DNA of 64,000 bases, taken from NCBI GenBank assembly GCA_030833315.1, contig JAURHM010000006.1:6277-70276 (forward strand), given 5' to 3'. This DNA is from Burkholderiales bacterium. GTDB taxonomy: Bacteria > Pseudomonadota > Gammaproteobacteria > Burkholderiales > SG8-41. This document shows positions 20,990-30,783 of this stretch, piece by piece. The position numbers and the translations under genes are program-made. Below the pieces are notes generated by a model that was not told where the DNA came from, made no database searches, and saw nothing but the letters and a program-made list of their open reading frames with translations. How positions within the stretch are numbered: the stretch's first letter is position 1; each line of letters begins with the position of its first letter.

Positions 20990-21955
20990 CTATTCGGCTT
21001 TTGCGCCACTGGCCTTGATCAGCGGCACCAGTTTTTCGATTTCGGCGCGCAGGAACCTGGCGAACTCTTCCGGCGTACTGCCGACAAGTACCGAACCTTC
21101 ACGCGAAAGGTAATCCTTGAACTCCGTTGTATTCGCCGCTTTCAGCGTCGCTGCGTTGAGCCGGCGCACGACATCCGGCGGCGTACCGGCGGGCACAAAA
21201 ATCCCCTGCCAGCCGCCGAACTCATAACCCGGAAGGGTTTCCGCGATGGCCGGCAGATCCGGCAGATTGGGCAGACGTTTGGGACTGGATACGCCGAGCA
21301 TGCGCAGCTTGCCTGCCGCCGCCTGACCGATGGCGGTGGAAACCGGCGAGTACGAGAGATGCGCCTCGCCCGAAACCACAGCAACCACCAGCTGGCCACC
21401 GCTCTTGTACGGCACATGCAGCATGCGGGTACCACTCATGCTGTTGAACAATGCACCGGCGAGGTGACTGGTCGATCCGTTGCCGGCAGAACCCATCAGC
21501 AACTCACCCGGCCGCGCCTTGGCCAGCGCCACCAGTTCCTTGACGGTTTTGACGGGCAGAGAAGGATGTACGGAGGCGACGTTATAAAACTGCGAAACCA
21601 GCGACACCGGCGCAAAGTCCCGGAGCGAGTCGTAACCGACCTTGGCATACATCGCCGGACTCACCACCATCGACACCGACCCGCCGACATAAATGACATA
21701 ACCGTCAGCCGGCGATTTTGCTGCCGCTTCCGTACCGATCACTGCACCCGCACCGCCGCGGTTGTCGACCACGATCTGCTGGCCCACCGCCTCCCCGAGG
21801 CGCTGGGCAAACGCACGCGCCATCATGTCGGTGCCGCTGCCCGCCGACCAGGGCACGATAAAGCGTATGGGTTTGGCCGGGTAAGACTGCGCCATCGCCA
21901 GCGGCGCGGTGCAAAGCGCCAGCAGGACCACCATCCTCAAATGCCTGGTCAACAT
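20990..21955 (-). CDS. Bug/TctC substrate-binding protein
   Basis: YPAKPIRFIVPW, DNRGGAG, HVPYKSG; start ATG 21955 with RBS GGAGA. Confidence 0.9.
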   Translation of the reverse strand: MLTRHLRMVVLLALCTAPLAMAQSYPAKPIRFIVPWSAGSGTDMMARAFAQRLGEAVGQQIVVDNRGGAGAVIGTEAAAKSPADGYVIYVGGSVSMVVSPAMYAKVGYDSLRDFAPVSLVSQFYNVASVHPSLPVKTVKELVALAKARPGELLMGSAGNGSTSHLAGALFNSMSGTRMLHVPYKSGGQLVVAVVSGEAHLSYSPVSTAIGQAAAGKLRMLGVSSPKRLPNLPDLPAIAETLPGYEFGGWQGIFVPAGTPPDVVRRLNAATLKAANTTEFKDYLSREGSVLVGSTPEEFARFLRAEIEKLVPLIKASGAKAE

Positions 21956-22001
21956 GTCTCCTCCTATTGGTATTGCTTTTTGTTGTGCCTCTTTTACCGG
22001 A

Positions 22002-23000
22002 TCAGGCCGCCCGCGCCGGCGCTGCAGCGGCATAACGACCCAGCAGCCCGCAACGTTCAAGGTCGGCGCGCATTTCAGCACGCTGCGCATCCGTCACCTG
22101 CGGCAGCGGCGCCCGTACGTGGCCGCCGGCCATACGGATCAGGTCAGCCCAGGCCTTGAGCAGGTGGATGGGGATGAGCTTGTGTTTGAGCCAGGGTTCG
22201 CGCATCCATTTCTCGTGCACGTCGCGCAGCGGCTGGATGCTGTCGCGCAGCGCCTGCGCTTCAGCGAATTTTCCGGCCAGCGCCAGCTCGCCGTAGTCGC
22301 GCATCGGCGTCCAGCCCGCAACCTGCATCAGGAACGGCGCCGCCGAAGACATATGCACCTTCATGTCGTTTTCGCGGACCAGTTTCAGGAACTCCGTTTC
22401 CGACGGATGCGAAAACACGATCTTGTCGCCGCACAGTTTCTGCGCCGTGGCGTAATGATCCAGCGGCCGCGAGCACTTGATACCGCAGATGTTTTCTATT
22501 TTTGCAATGCGCGCGGTCAGTTGCGGTGAAAACGCCACGCCGGAAAACGGCGTATCGAACATCCAGATGCCGATATCAACGCGCGCCGCAACGGTGGCGA
22601 ACCATTCATACAGCGTGTCTTCGCTGGCCCATGGATAGTAGGGATTAATGACAATCGCGAAATCGGCGCCGACATCCTGCGCATGGCGGGTCAGGTCGGC
22701 GGTCTCGTTCGGCGAATGATGGCCGGTATGGGCAATGACCTTGCACTTGCCGTGCGCTTCCTCAACGACGATTTCGACGGCGCGTTTGCGCTCTTCCTTG
22801 GTCAGCGCCCAGAACTCGCCCATGGTGCCGGTGCAGAAAATGCCGTCGACACGCAGTGCATCGGTGTAATGGCGCATATTGCGCCGGAGCCCTGCTTCGT
22901 CCAGCCGGTCATCCGGCGTAAACGGCGTCGGTATCGCCGCCCAGACGCCGCGAAACTCGGCGCGTGATGCTTCCTTGGCTTCGGATTTTCGGTAACGCAT
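22002..23000 (-). CDS. DapA/NAL-family class I aldolase or dehydratase
   Basis: AIPTPF, GTMGEF, GIKCS Schiff-base Lys, G.VRAPL. Confidence 0.85.
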   Translation of the reverse strand: MRYRKSEAKEASRAEFRGVWAAIPTPFTPDDRLDEAGLRRNMRHYTDALRVDGIFCTGTMGEFWALTKEERKRAVEIVVEEAHGKCKVIAHTGHHSPNETADLTRHAQDVGADFAIVINPYYPWASEDTLYEWFATVAARVDIGIWMFDTPFSGVAFSPQLTARIAKIENICGIKCSRPLDHYATAQKLCGDKIVFSHPSETEFLKLVRENDMKVHMSSAAPFLMQVAGWTPMRDYGELALAGKFAEAQALRDSIQPLRDVHEKWMREPWLKHKLIPIHLLKAWADLIRMAGGHVRAPLPQVTDAQRAEMRADLERCGLLGRYAAAAPARAA

Positions 23001-23039
23001 GCAGGCTCCCCCGGGATTTCTACCCTTTATGATTTGCAG

Positions 23040-23073
23040 AAAAAAACGGGCGGCGCATGAAGCACCGCCCGTC
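23040..23073 (-). terminator. Intrinsic terminator/attenuator hairpin after the Bug gene
   Basis: Minus strand ACGGGCGG..CCGCCCGTTTTTTT. Confidence 0.65.
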
Positions 23074-23100
23074 CGTTACATGCCGGTCGACACGGTGCGC

Positions 23101-24063
23101 TTACTGCGGCTTGATACCCGCCGCCTGCAGCACTTTCGCGCCGACTTCAATTTCACTGCGCACGAACTTGGCGAACTGCGCCGGATCCATCTCCATCGGC
23201 TCGTTGCCGAGTCCGGCCAGTTTGGATTTCACGCCGGCATCGTTACCTGCAGCCTTGATCGACTGCGAGATCTTGTTGATCACCGGCTGCGGAACACCGG
23301 TGGGTGCCCAGACGCCAAACCACAACGAGAAATCAAAACCGGGAACGCCGGATTCGGCGATGGTCGGGATGGTCGGAAGGATACTGCTGCGCTTGATCGT
23401 GCTCACCGCAATGGCACGCACCCTGTTCCCCTGCACATGCGCCAGCGTGGTCGAGATCGGCGCGAAATAGAAGTCAACGCGGTTGCCGAGAACGTCGGCC
23501 AGCGCTTCCGCCGAGCCCTTGTACGGCACATGGTTCATGTTGATCTTGGCCATCAGCTTCAGCTTCTCGAGATTGAGATGCGTGCCGCTGCCGACACCGG
23601 CCGATGCAAAATTCAGCGCGCCGGGCTTGGCCATCGCTGCTTTCAGAACATCCTGCACTGTCTGGTACGAGGTGCTGGGATGAGTCACCATGACATTGGG
23701 CTGCTGCGCCAGCGGGCCGATATCGACAAAATCCTTCAGCGTGTCGAAGGGCAGCTTGGCATACAGCGAAGGATTGACCGTGTGGCCGGAGGAATGCATC
23801 AACAGCGTATAACCGTCGGCCGTCGATTTCGCCGCGATGGCCGCAGCAATCGAACCCCCGGCGCCCGGCCGGTTGTCGGCAATGACCTGATGCCCCCACA
23901 TTTCCGTCCACTTCTGGGTATACAGGCGGCCGACGATGTCGGTGGCGCTGCCAGGAGGGAAAGCCACGATGAAACGCACCGGCTTGTTCGGATAGTCCGC
24001 GGCAAATGCCGAAGCACCGGCATACGCCAGTGCCGCCAGCATCAGGGTGGTCATTTTTTTCAT
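23101..24063 (-). CDS. Bug/TctC substrate-binding protein
   Basis: YPNKPVRFIVAFPPG, DNRPGAGG, HVPYKGS; RBS GGAGGA. Confidence 0.92.
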   Translation of the reverse strand: MKKMTTLMLAALAYAGASAFAADYPNKPVRFIVAFPPGSATDIVGRLYTQKWTEMWGHQVIADNRPGAGGSIAAAIAAKSTADGYTLLMHSSGHTVNPSLYAKLPFDTLKDFVDIGPLAQQPNVMVTHPSTSYQTVQDVLKAAMAKPGALNFASAGVGSGTHLNLEKLKLMAKINMNHVPYKGSAEALADVLGNRVDFYFAPISTTLAHVQGNRVRAIAVSTIKRSSILPTIPTIAESGVPGFDFSLWFGVWAPTGVPQPVINKISQSIKAAGNDAGVKSKLAGLGNEPMEMDPAQFAKFVRSEIEVGAKVLQAAGIKPQ

Positions 24064-24092
24064 GTTTTTCCTCCTCCAGGTTGGATCAACGA

Positions 24093-25016
24093 TCAGAGCC
24101 CGTCGCCGATGTCCACGTTCTCGGATTTGAGTTCGATGCCCGAAGCCTTGGCCTGCAGCAACAGCAGCTGCGAGAAGTCCTGATCATAGCCGTTTCCGAT
24201 CAGGGTTTGCACCAGATCGCGGGTGACGCTGGTGGTCGGCATCGGTACGCCAAAAGTGCGGCCGGCGGCCAGACCCAGGTCGATGTCCTTGCGCAGCAGT
24301 TCCGGCGTGAAGGTGACATGGAAATCGAGGTTCGAAATCGCCGGCGTCTTGTAAGCGGTGAACATCGAGCCCATCACGCTCTTGTTGAGGAAGTCGAGAA
24401 AAGCATGGCGCTGCATTCCGGCCTTTTCGGCAAGCACGGTGATTTCGCAAAGATTCTGGATCACCACACCGAGCATCACGTTGTGACAGATCTTGGCGAT
24501 ACGCGACAGTTCGCCGTCGCCGACATAGGACACGCCGCGGCCAATGGCCTCCAGATAGGGGCTGACCGCCTTGAAAGCATCTTCAGGACCCGACGCCACC
24601 ACCGTCAGCTTGCCGGCCTTGATGACCTTGGCATTGCCGGATACCGGCGCCGCCAGCATCTGGATGCCCTTCTCGCCCAGCTTGGCGCGGATTTCCGCGG
24701 ACTCTTCCAGAGAGATCGAGGTGCTGTCGACGATCATCTTCGGCTTGCCGCCCTTGGACATCACGCCGTTCGGTCCGAACAGCACTTCCTTGACATCCTT
24801 GCCTGTCGACACCATCGTAAACACGATGTCGCAGCCGGCGAGATCAGTCAGGTTGTCGGCGACCTTGGCGCCCGACTTGGCCAGCGGCTCCGCTTTGGAT
24901 TTGGTACGGTTCCACACGGTGATGTCGCAACCGGCTTTCGCCAGACGCTCCGCCATCGCGTAACCCATGCGACCGATGCCGATCCAGCCGAGTTTATGTT
25001 GTTTCATGTTTGCCAT
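24093..25016 (-). CDS. Beta-hydroxyacid dehydrogenase (3-hydroxyisobutyrate DH family)
   Basis: WIGIGRMG, WNRT, APVSG, AKICHN, KD..L. Confidence 0.88.
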   Translation of the reverse strand: MANMKQHKLGWIGIGRMGYAMAERLAKAGCDITVWNRTKSKAEPLAKSGAKVADNLTDLAGCDIVFTMVSTGKDVKEVLFGPNGVMSKGGKPKMIVDSTSISLEESAEIRAKLGEKGIQMLAAPVSGNAKVIKAGKLTVVASGPEDAFKAVSPYLEAIGRGVSYVGDGELSRIAKICHNVMLGVVIQNLCEITVLAEKAGMQRHAFLDFLNKSVMGSMFTAYKTPAISNLDFHVTFTPELLRKDIDLGLAAGRTFGVPMPTTSVTRDLVQTLIGNGYDQDFSQLLLLQAKASGIELKSENVDIGDGL

Positions 25017-25079
25017 TTTCTTATTTCCTCGAAGATTTCAGATTCAATATGAATTCAATAATTCCATGTGACCCGTACA

Positions 25080-26327
25080 TCAGGATTCCAGCGCCTGTTC
25101 CCAGTTGCGCGTCTCGATCGCATTTTTGACCTCAGCGAGAAAAGCCGCGGAATAGGAACCATCGACCGCGCGATGGTCGAAACTCTGCGCGAGCACGCCG
25201 ACCGGACGGATCGCAATCGAATCGCCGCCGTCGCTCTCGACCACCACCGGCTTTTTACGGATGCCGTCAGCGGACAGAATCGCCACCTGCGGCTGATTGA
25301 TGATCGGCGCGGTGATCACGGTGCCGAAAGCGCCGTTATTGGTGATGGTGTAAGTGCCCTCGGTCATCTCATCCGGGCGCAGCTTGCCGGCGCGGGCGCG
25401 CTGAGCCAGATCATTGATCTCGCGCGCGATCTGCGGCAGCGATTTCGCCGGCACATCCTTAAGCACCGGCACCACCAGCCCGTCGAAGTTCAGATCGACG
25501 GCAATGCCGATATTGATCCGGCGATGCAGCACGAGGCCGTCGCCCTGCAGGCTGGCGTTAAGCTTGGGAAACTTGCCCAGCGCAATCGACACCGCACGCA
25601 CGATGAACGGCAGATAGGTCAGCGAAAAACCTTCACGCGCTTTCCATGCTGCGCCATGCAGCTTGCGCGCCTGATCGACACGCAGGAAATCGGCTTCGGC
25701 CACTTGCAAGACATGCGGCGCGGTCTGCCAGGACTTCGCGGTGTTTTCGGCGACACGCTTGCGGATGCCGTTGAAAGCCACCGTCTGTCCGGCCTGAACC
25801 GGTGCGGGTGCAGCAACAGCTGCCGGCGCAGATGCCGGACGCGAACCACGGCGTGCGATGAACTCCTTGACGTCTTCACGGGTAATGCGGCCGTCGCGGC
25901 CGGTACCGGTGATGTCCGACGGATTCAGGCTGTGTTCGGCAACCAGACGGCGCACCACCGGCGACAGCCGGTCGGCCGCATTGACCCGCGGCCGGCCCGA
26001 AGGTGCCTGAGAAAGCACCGCTGCGGCAGCAGCAGGAGCAACACTGGCCACAGCGGGCGCAGCAGCCGCGGGTTTCGCAGCCGCCTTGGCGTCACCGGCT
26101 TCCCGGATGATCGCCAGCGTCGCACCAACCTTGGCAGTCACGCCTTCAGCGACCACGATCTCGGCAACTATCCCCGCCACCGGCGACGGAATCTCGGTGC
26201 TGACTTTGTCGGTCTCGACATCGAACAGCGTTTCGTCGGCCTTCACGGCATCGCCGACTTTTTTGTACCACTTGGTGACAACGCCCTCGGCGACGGTCTC
26301 GCCGAGCTGCGGCATGATGATGTTCAT
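25080..26327 (-). CDS. 2-oxoacid dehydrogenase E2 (dihydrolipoamide acyltransferase)
   Basis: ETDK lipoyl domain, SPVVRRL/GTG.DGRIT E3-binding domain, DHRAVDG. Confidence 0.92.
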   Translation of the reverse strand: MNIIMPQLGETVAEGVVTKWYKKVGDAVKADETLFDVETDKVSTEIPSPVAGIVAEIVVAEGVTAKVGATLAIIREAGDAKAAAKPAAAAPAVASVAPAAAAAVLSQAPSGRPRVNAADRLSPVVRRLVAEHSLNPSDITGTGRDGRITREDVKEFIARRGSRPASAPAAVAAPAPVQAGQTVAFNGIRKRVAENTAKSWQTAPHVLQVAEADFLRVDQARKLHGAAWKAREGFSLTYLPFIVRAVSIALGKFPKLNASLQGDGLVLHRRINIGIAVDLNFDGLVVPVLKDVPAKSLPQIAREINDLAQRARAGKLRPDEMTEGTYTITNNGAFGTVITAPIINQPQVAILSADGIRKKPVVVESDGGDSIAIRPVGVLAQSFDHRAVDGSYSAAFLAEVKNAIETRNWEQALES

Positions 26328-26342
26328 CGTTTGCGCCCCCGC

Positions 26343-27320
26343 CTAGTCAATCTTTTCGCGGATTTCGCGCACGATGCGCTCCACCGACGGGATGGTGTTG
26401 TCTTCCAGCTGATCGGCTGAAGGCAGCGGGATATGCGGCGTGGTAATGCGGATGATCGGACCGTCGAGCTCCCAGAAACATTCATCGGCGATGATCGAGG
26501 CGATTTCCGCGCCCCAGCCGCAGAGCCGCGGATTCTCTTCCACCGTGACCAGACGACCGGTCAGCGCCACCTCGGCGAGGATGGTCGCGGTATCCAGCGG
26601 CACCAGCGAACGTACGTCGACCACCGTACAGGAAATACCATGCTCCTTCTCGAGAATCTCCGCAGCCGCCAGTGCACGGTGCACCATCAGCGCCAGCGCG
26701 ACAATCGTGCAGTCCTTGCCCCGGCGCAGCACACGTGCCTTGCCCAGTTCGTCAACATATTCGCCGTCGGGCACCTCGCCCTTCATCGGATACAGCGACT
26801 TCTGTTCGAAGATCAGCACCGGATCATCGTCGCGCACTGCAGCGGCGATCAGGCCTTTGACGTCAGCGGGGAACGCCGGCGCCACGACCTTGATGCCGGG
26901 GATCATCATCGCCCAGTTTTCCACCGATTGCGAGTGCTGCGCGCCGAAACGCGAGCCGGCGCCGTTAGCGGTGCGGATCACCAGCGGCATCTGCACCTGG
27001 CCGTTGGTCATGTAACGCGACTTCGCAATCTCGTTGGCCACGATGTCCCAGCACACCGCCAGAAAATCCGAGAACATGATTTCGGCAATTGGCCGCAGGC
27101 CGGTCATCGCCGCGCCCATGGCCGCACCGAGGATGGCCTGTTCCGAGATCGGCGTGTCACGCACGCGCATCGGACCGAATTTGTCGAGCAGGCCGACGGT
27201 GGCCTTGAACACGCCGCCGGCGGCGGCAATATCCTCTCCGAGGAAAACCACGCGCTCATCGCGCGCCATTTCCTGTGCGATACCCGCGGCGACCGCGTCG
27301 CGATAGGTCAGTTCCGCCAT
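26343..27320 (-). CDS. TPP-dependent 2-oxoacid/acetoin dehydrogenase E1 beta
   Basis: GEDI, DTPISE, AEIMF.DF, AQHSQ, DPV..FE.K. Confidence 0.92.
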   Translation of the reverse strand: MAELTYRDAVAAGIAQEMARDERVVFLGEDIAAAGGVFKATVGLLDKFGPMRVRDTPISEQAILGAAMGAAMTGLRPIAEIMFSDFLAVCWDIVANEIAKSRYMTNGQVQMPLVIRTANGAGSRFGAQHSQSVENWAMMIPGIKVVAPAFPADVKGLIAAAVRDDDPVLIFEQKSLYPMKGEVPDGEYVDELGKARVLRRGKDCTIVALALMVHRALAAAEILEKEHGISCTVVDVRSLVPLDTATILAEVALTGRLVTVEENPRLCGWGAEIASIIADECFWELDGPIIRITTPHIPLPSADQLEDNTIPSVERIVREIREKID

Positions 27321-28348
27321 GATGCACCTCCATCCGCCCAGACATGTTGATGGATGCCGTCCAGTGAAGGCGGCGGCGATGCCTTGGCGATTTCAGTGGC
27401 TTCGTTGACCTGTTGATTCACTTCGTCCTCAATGTCTTTCAGCGTGGCGTCGACAATGCCGAGGCCCAGCAGGCGTTCACGGTAAATTTTGATCGGGTCG
27501 CGCTCCAGCCACTTCTCCAACTCGCCCTCGGGGCGGTATTTCGCCGGATCGGCGCGCGAGTGTCCGGAATGGCGATAGGTCATGCACTCGATCAGCGCCG
27601 GACCGCCGCCCTTGCGTGCGCGGTCGATGTATTTGGTCGCCGTGCGATAGACCGCGTCGGCGTCGTTGCCGTCGACAACAATTTTTTCCAGGTTGTATGC
27701 CGAAGCACGATCCGCCGCGGGGTGTTCCACTGCGGTCACGGTGTGGATCGGCGTGTATTCCATATAGAGATTGTTTTCGCAAACAAAGATCACCGGCAGT
27801 TTCCAGATCACCGCGAAGTTCAGCGCCTCATGGAAAGCACCGATATTGGTGGTGCCGTCGCCGAAGAAACACACGGAAACCTGTTCGGTGCCGCGATACT
27901 GCGCGCTCCAGGCCGCACCCGCCGCCACCGGCAGATGCGCACCGATGATGGCGTAGGAACCCATCGCGCCCTTGGAGACATCGGTCAGGTGCATGGAGCC
28001 GCCCTTGCCGCCGAGGAGACCGCATTCACGGCCCATCAGCTCGCCGAGCACGCCGCTCATCGAGGCGCCGCGCGCCAGAGTGTGCGCGTGTCCGCGATAG
28101 GTACAGAACGTGTAATCATCAGGTCGCATTGCCACGCCAAAGGCCGCAGCAATCGCCTCCTGTCCGAGCGACAGGTGGCTGGTGCCCTTGATCATGTTCT
28201 GCAGGAACAGATCGAAGGCGCGCTTTTCACAGAGCCGCAGCTCCAGTTGCATGCGGAACAGCTCGAGCCGGATATCGCGGCCGATGTCGTCTTCCGCCAC
28301 GGCGGTTTTCTTGCTTTTCACTTTGGGTTCCTGTCCTTGAAAACTCAA
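27308..28348 (-). CDS. TPP-dependent dehydrogenase E1 alpha
   Basis: GQEA, YRGH, GKGGSMH, GDG...ENN TPP motif, YR..GHS..D; start may be the GTG near 28321. Confidence 0.92.
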   Translation of the reverse strand: MSFQGQEPKVKSKKTAVAEDDIGRDIRLELFRMQLELRLCEKRAFDLFLQNMIKGTSHLSLGQEAIAAAFGVAMRPDDYTFCTYRGHAHTLARGASMSGVLGELMGRECGLLGGKGGSMHLTDVSKGAMGSYAIIGAHLPVAAGAAWSAQYRGTEQVSVCFFGDGTTNIGAFHEALNFAVIWKLPVIFVCENNLYMEYTPIHTVTAVEHPAADRASAYNLEKIVVDGNDADAVYRTATKYIDRARKGGGPALIECMTYRHSGHSRADPAKYRPEGELEKWLERDPIKIYRERLLGLGIVDATLKDIEDEVNQQVNEATEIAKASPPPSLDGIHQHVWADGGASWRN

Positions 28349-29703
28349 TACTTGTTGGCGATCGGCAGTTCCTGCGCCGGGAACAGCGTGATGATCTTCG
28401 CGCCGGTCGGCGTCAGCACCACTTCTTCTTCTATACGCGCGGCGGAAACGCCATCCTTGGCCGGGCAGAAGGTTTCAACGGCGAACACCATTCCGGCCTT
28501 GAGCTCGTACGGATCCTTGAACGAATTCAGACGCGAGATCAACGGACGCTCATGCAGGCCAAGACCCAGGCCGTGACAGAAGTTCAGGCCGAAGGCCGCC
28601 ATCTCGGTTTCAAACCCGATCTCGGTGCACTTGGGGAAAGCCTTGGCCACAGCCTCGGTGGAGACGCCCGGCTTCAACATCGCAATGGCGTCATCCATCC
28701 ACTTGCGCGCCCGCTTGTAGGCATCATGCTGCGCCGGCGTGGCGCTGCCCACGGTGAAGGTGCGGTAGTAGCAGGTCTTATAGCCCATGTACGAGTGAAT
28801 CAGGTCGAAATAGGCCTGGTCACCCGGACGGATCAGCCGGTCGGTGAAGTTGTGCGGATGCGGACTGCAGCGTTCTCCGGCAATCGCGTTGACGGCTTCC
28901 ACGCAGTCCGAACCCATTTCATAAAAACGCTTGGCCGCCATCGCGACCACTTCGTTTTCGCGGATGCCCGGCTTCAGGGCTTCGAAAATATCCTGATACA
29001 CGCCGTCGCCCATCGCCGCTGCAGTATTGAGGAGAGTGATTTCGTCGTAGCTCTTGATCTCGCGCGCATCGAGCATCACCTGCTGGCCGTCCATCACTTT
29101 AAGGCCCAGCTTCTGCAACGCAAACAGAAAAGGCGGCTCAACGACGTCGATGCCGATCGGCATGTCGGCGACGCCCTCCTGTTTGAGGATGTCGTAAATC
29201 TCTTTCGCCGCGGCTTCGAACAGGCCGACCTTCGGCGACACCGCGCCGCGTAGTCCCGCCAACCCCGGAATGTTGTGGTTCTTCGGCAGCCACGGCGCGT
29301 ACAGTTTGTGATGGCGCACAGCGGAACCGAAGTCCCAGACCCAGGGCTCGCCGTTGCCGGTCAGCAGACACCAGCGCGTGAGTTTGTCGCGTGCCCATTC
29401 GCCGATCACCGTACTCGAGATGTAACGCATATTGATCTGATCGAACACCAGCAGCGCACCCAGCTTGGATTTTTTCAGCGCATTGCGCGTGCGTGCGAGG
29501 CGGTATTCATGCAGGCGCTGGAAATTGACGCGTTCTTCAAAGTCGACCTGCATGCGGCCCGGGGCCTGCAGCGGACGCTCCCAGCGATGACCCGGATCGG
29601 CCGGATCAAACAGCACATCTGGTGCTGACGACACGCCCTTGTCCGGGTTGATGCTGGCGGTCTTGATGAGTTTCGGCTCGACCGGTTTTTTCTTCCGCGC
29701 CAT
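28345..29703 (-). CDS. M24 family (Xaa-Pro peptidase/creatinase-like) hydrolase
   Basis: AREIKS.DEI, FD....Y.GY.TC..RTF, HGLG..LHE.P, AVET, RIEEEV. Confidence 0.85.
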   Translation of the reverse strand: MARKKKPVEPKLIKTASINPDKGVSSAPDVLFDPADPGHRWERPLQAPGRMQVDFEERVNFQRLHEYRLARTRNALKKSKLGALLVFDQINMRYISSTVIGEWARDKLTRWCLLTGNGEPWVWDFGSAVRHHKLYAPWLPKNHNIPGLAGLRGAVSPKVGLFEAAAKEIYDILKQEGVADMPIGIDVVEPPFLFALQKLGLKVMDGQQVMLDAREIKSYDEITLLNTAAAMGDGVYQDIFEALKPGIRENEVVAMAAKRFYEMGSDCVEAVNAIAGERCSPHPHNFTDRLIRPGDQAYFDLIHSYMGYKTCYYRTFTVGSATPAQHDAYKRARKWMDDAIAMLKPGVSTEAVAKAFPKCTEIGFETEMAAFGLNFCHGLGLGLHERPLISRLNSFKDPYELKAGMVFAVETFCPAKDGVSAARIEEEVVLTPTGAKIITLFPAQELPIANKY

Positions 29704-29756
29704 TAATATTTCTCCAGTATAAACAAATACTTATAAATTAACGCTGTGGCCGTACC

Positions 29757-30734
29757 TCAGTCCGCCTTGATGCCGGCGGCCCGGATGATCGGCGTCCATT
29801 TTGCCAATTCGCTTTTGACATAGGCCTGCAGTTCTTCCGGCGTTGTCGGTGAGGCCACTGCACCACGCTGCAACAGGGAAGCCTTGACCTCCTCCGTACT
29901 CAGGATGCCGGTGATTTCCTTGTGCAGCTTGGCAACGATGGGCTTCGGCACTTTCGCCGTGGTGAACAGCCCGAACCACAGTTCGGCTTCCATGCCGGCA
30001 ATGCCGGCCTCGATCGTGCTGGGAATGTCCGGCGCGCCGGGGAAACGCTCCTTGCCCGATACCGCCAAAGCACGCACCTTGCCGGTCTTCAACTGCGCAT
30101 AAGCGGTGACCGGCGACAGGAAGGAAATCTGCGTTTCGCCGGAGAGAATGGAGGTCAACGCGAAGCCCGCGCTTTTGTACGGAATGTGCTGCACATCGAC
30201 CTTGGCAACCTGCTTGAACAGTTCACCGGTGAGATGGCTGACCGTACCGTTGCCGGCCGATGCGTAACTGAGATTACGCTGCTTGGACAACGCCACCAGT
30301 TCCGGAATGTTTTTCGCCGGCACCGAAGGGTGGACGACCAGCACAGTGACGCCGGTCGCCGTGCGGGTGATCGGCGAAAAATCCTTCAGCGGGTCGTAAG
30401 GCAGGTTCTTGTACAGCGACACCGCACTGACCATCGGGCCGGCATGGCCCATGATCAGCGAATAACCGTCAGGCGTAGCCTTCGCCACCACTTCCGCCGC
30501 CAGCGTGCCGCCGGCACCGGCGCGATTGTCGACCACCACCGCCTGGCCCCAGCGTTCAGTCAGCTTCTGGCCGATGTAACGTGACAGGTAATCCGCCGTG
30601 CTGCCCGCGCCCTGGCCCATGATGCGTATCGGTTTTGACGGGAACTTGTCTGCCGATTCCGCCGCAACCACCGGTCCGGCGATCAGAGCCGCGCCCATCA
30701 CCATGCCGCTTAATGCGTATCCGATTTTTCTCAT
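29757..30734 (-). CDS. Bug/TctC substrate-binding protein
   Basis: FPSKPIRI, DNRAGAGG, HIPYKS; start ATG 30734 with RBS GGAGG. Confidence 0.9.
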   Translation of the reverse strand: MRKIGYALSGMVMGAALIAGPVVAAESADKFPSKPIRIMGQGAGSTADYLSRYIGQKLTERWGQAVVVDNRAGAGGTLAAEVVAKATPDGYSLIMGHAGPMVSAVSLYKNLPYDPLKDFSPITRTATGVTVLVVHPSVPAKNIPELVALSKQRNLSYASAGNGTVSHLTGELFKQVAKVDVQHIPYKSAGFALTSILSGETQISFLSPVTAYAQLKTGKVRALAVSGKERFPGAPDIPSTIEAGIAGMEAELWFGLFTTAKVPKPIVAKLHKEITGILSTEEVKASLLQRGAVASPTTPEELQAYVKSELAKWTPIIRAAGIKAD

Positions 30735-30783
30735 GTGACACCTCCGTGGATTTGGTATTGGTAAGAACTTGTTATGAACGAAA

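Noticed and set aside
25080-28348. Labelling E1/E2 as housekeeping PDH or acoABC
   Set aside because: No E3, acoX or acoR; embedded in a specialised cluster; substrate cannot be assigned
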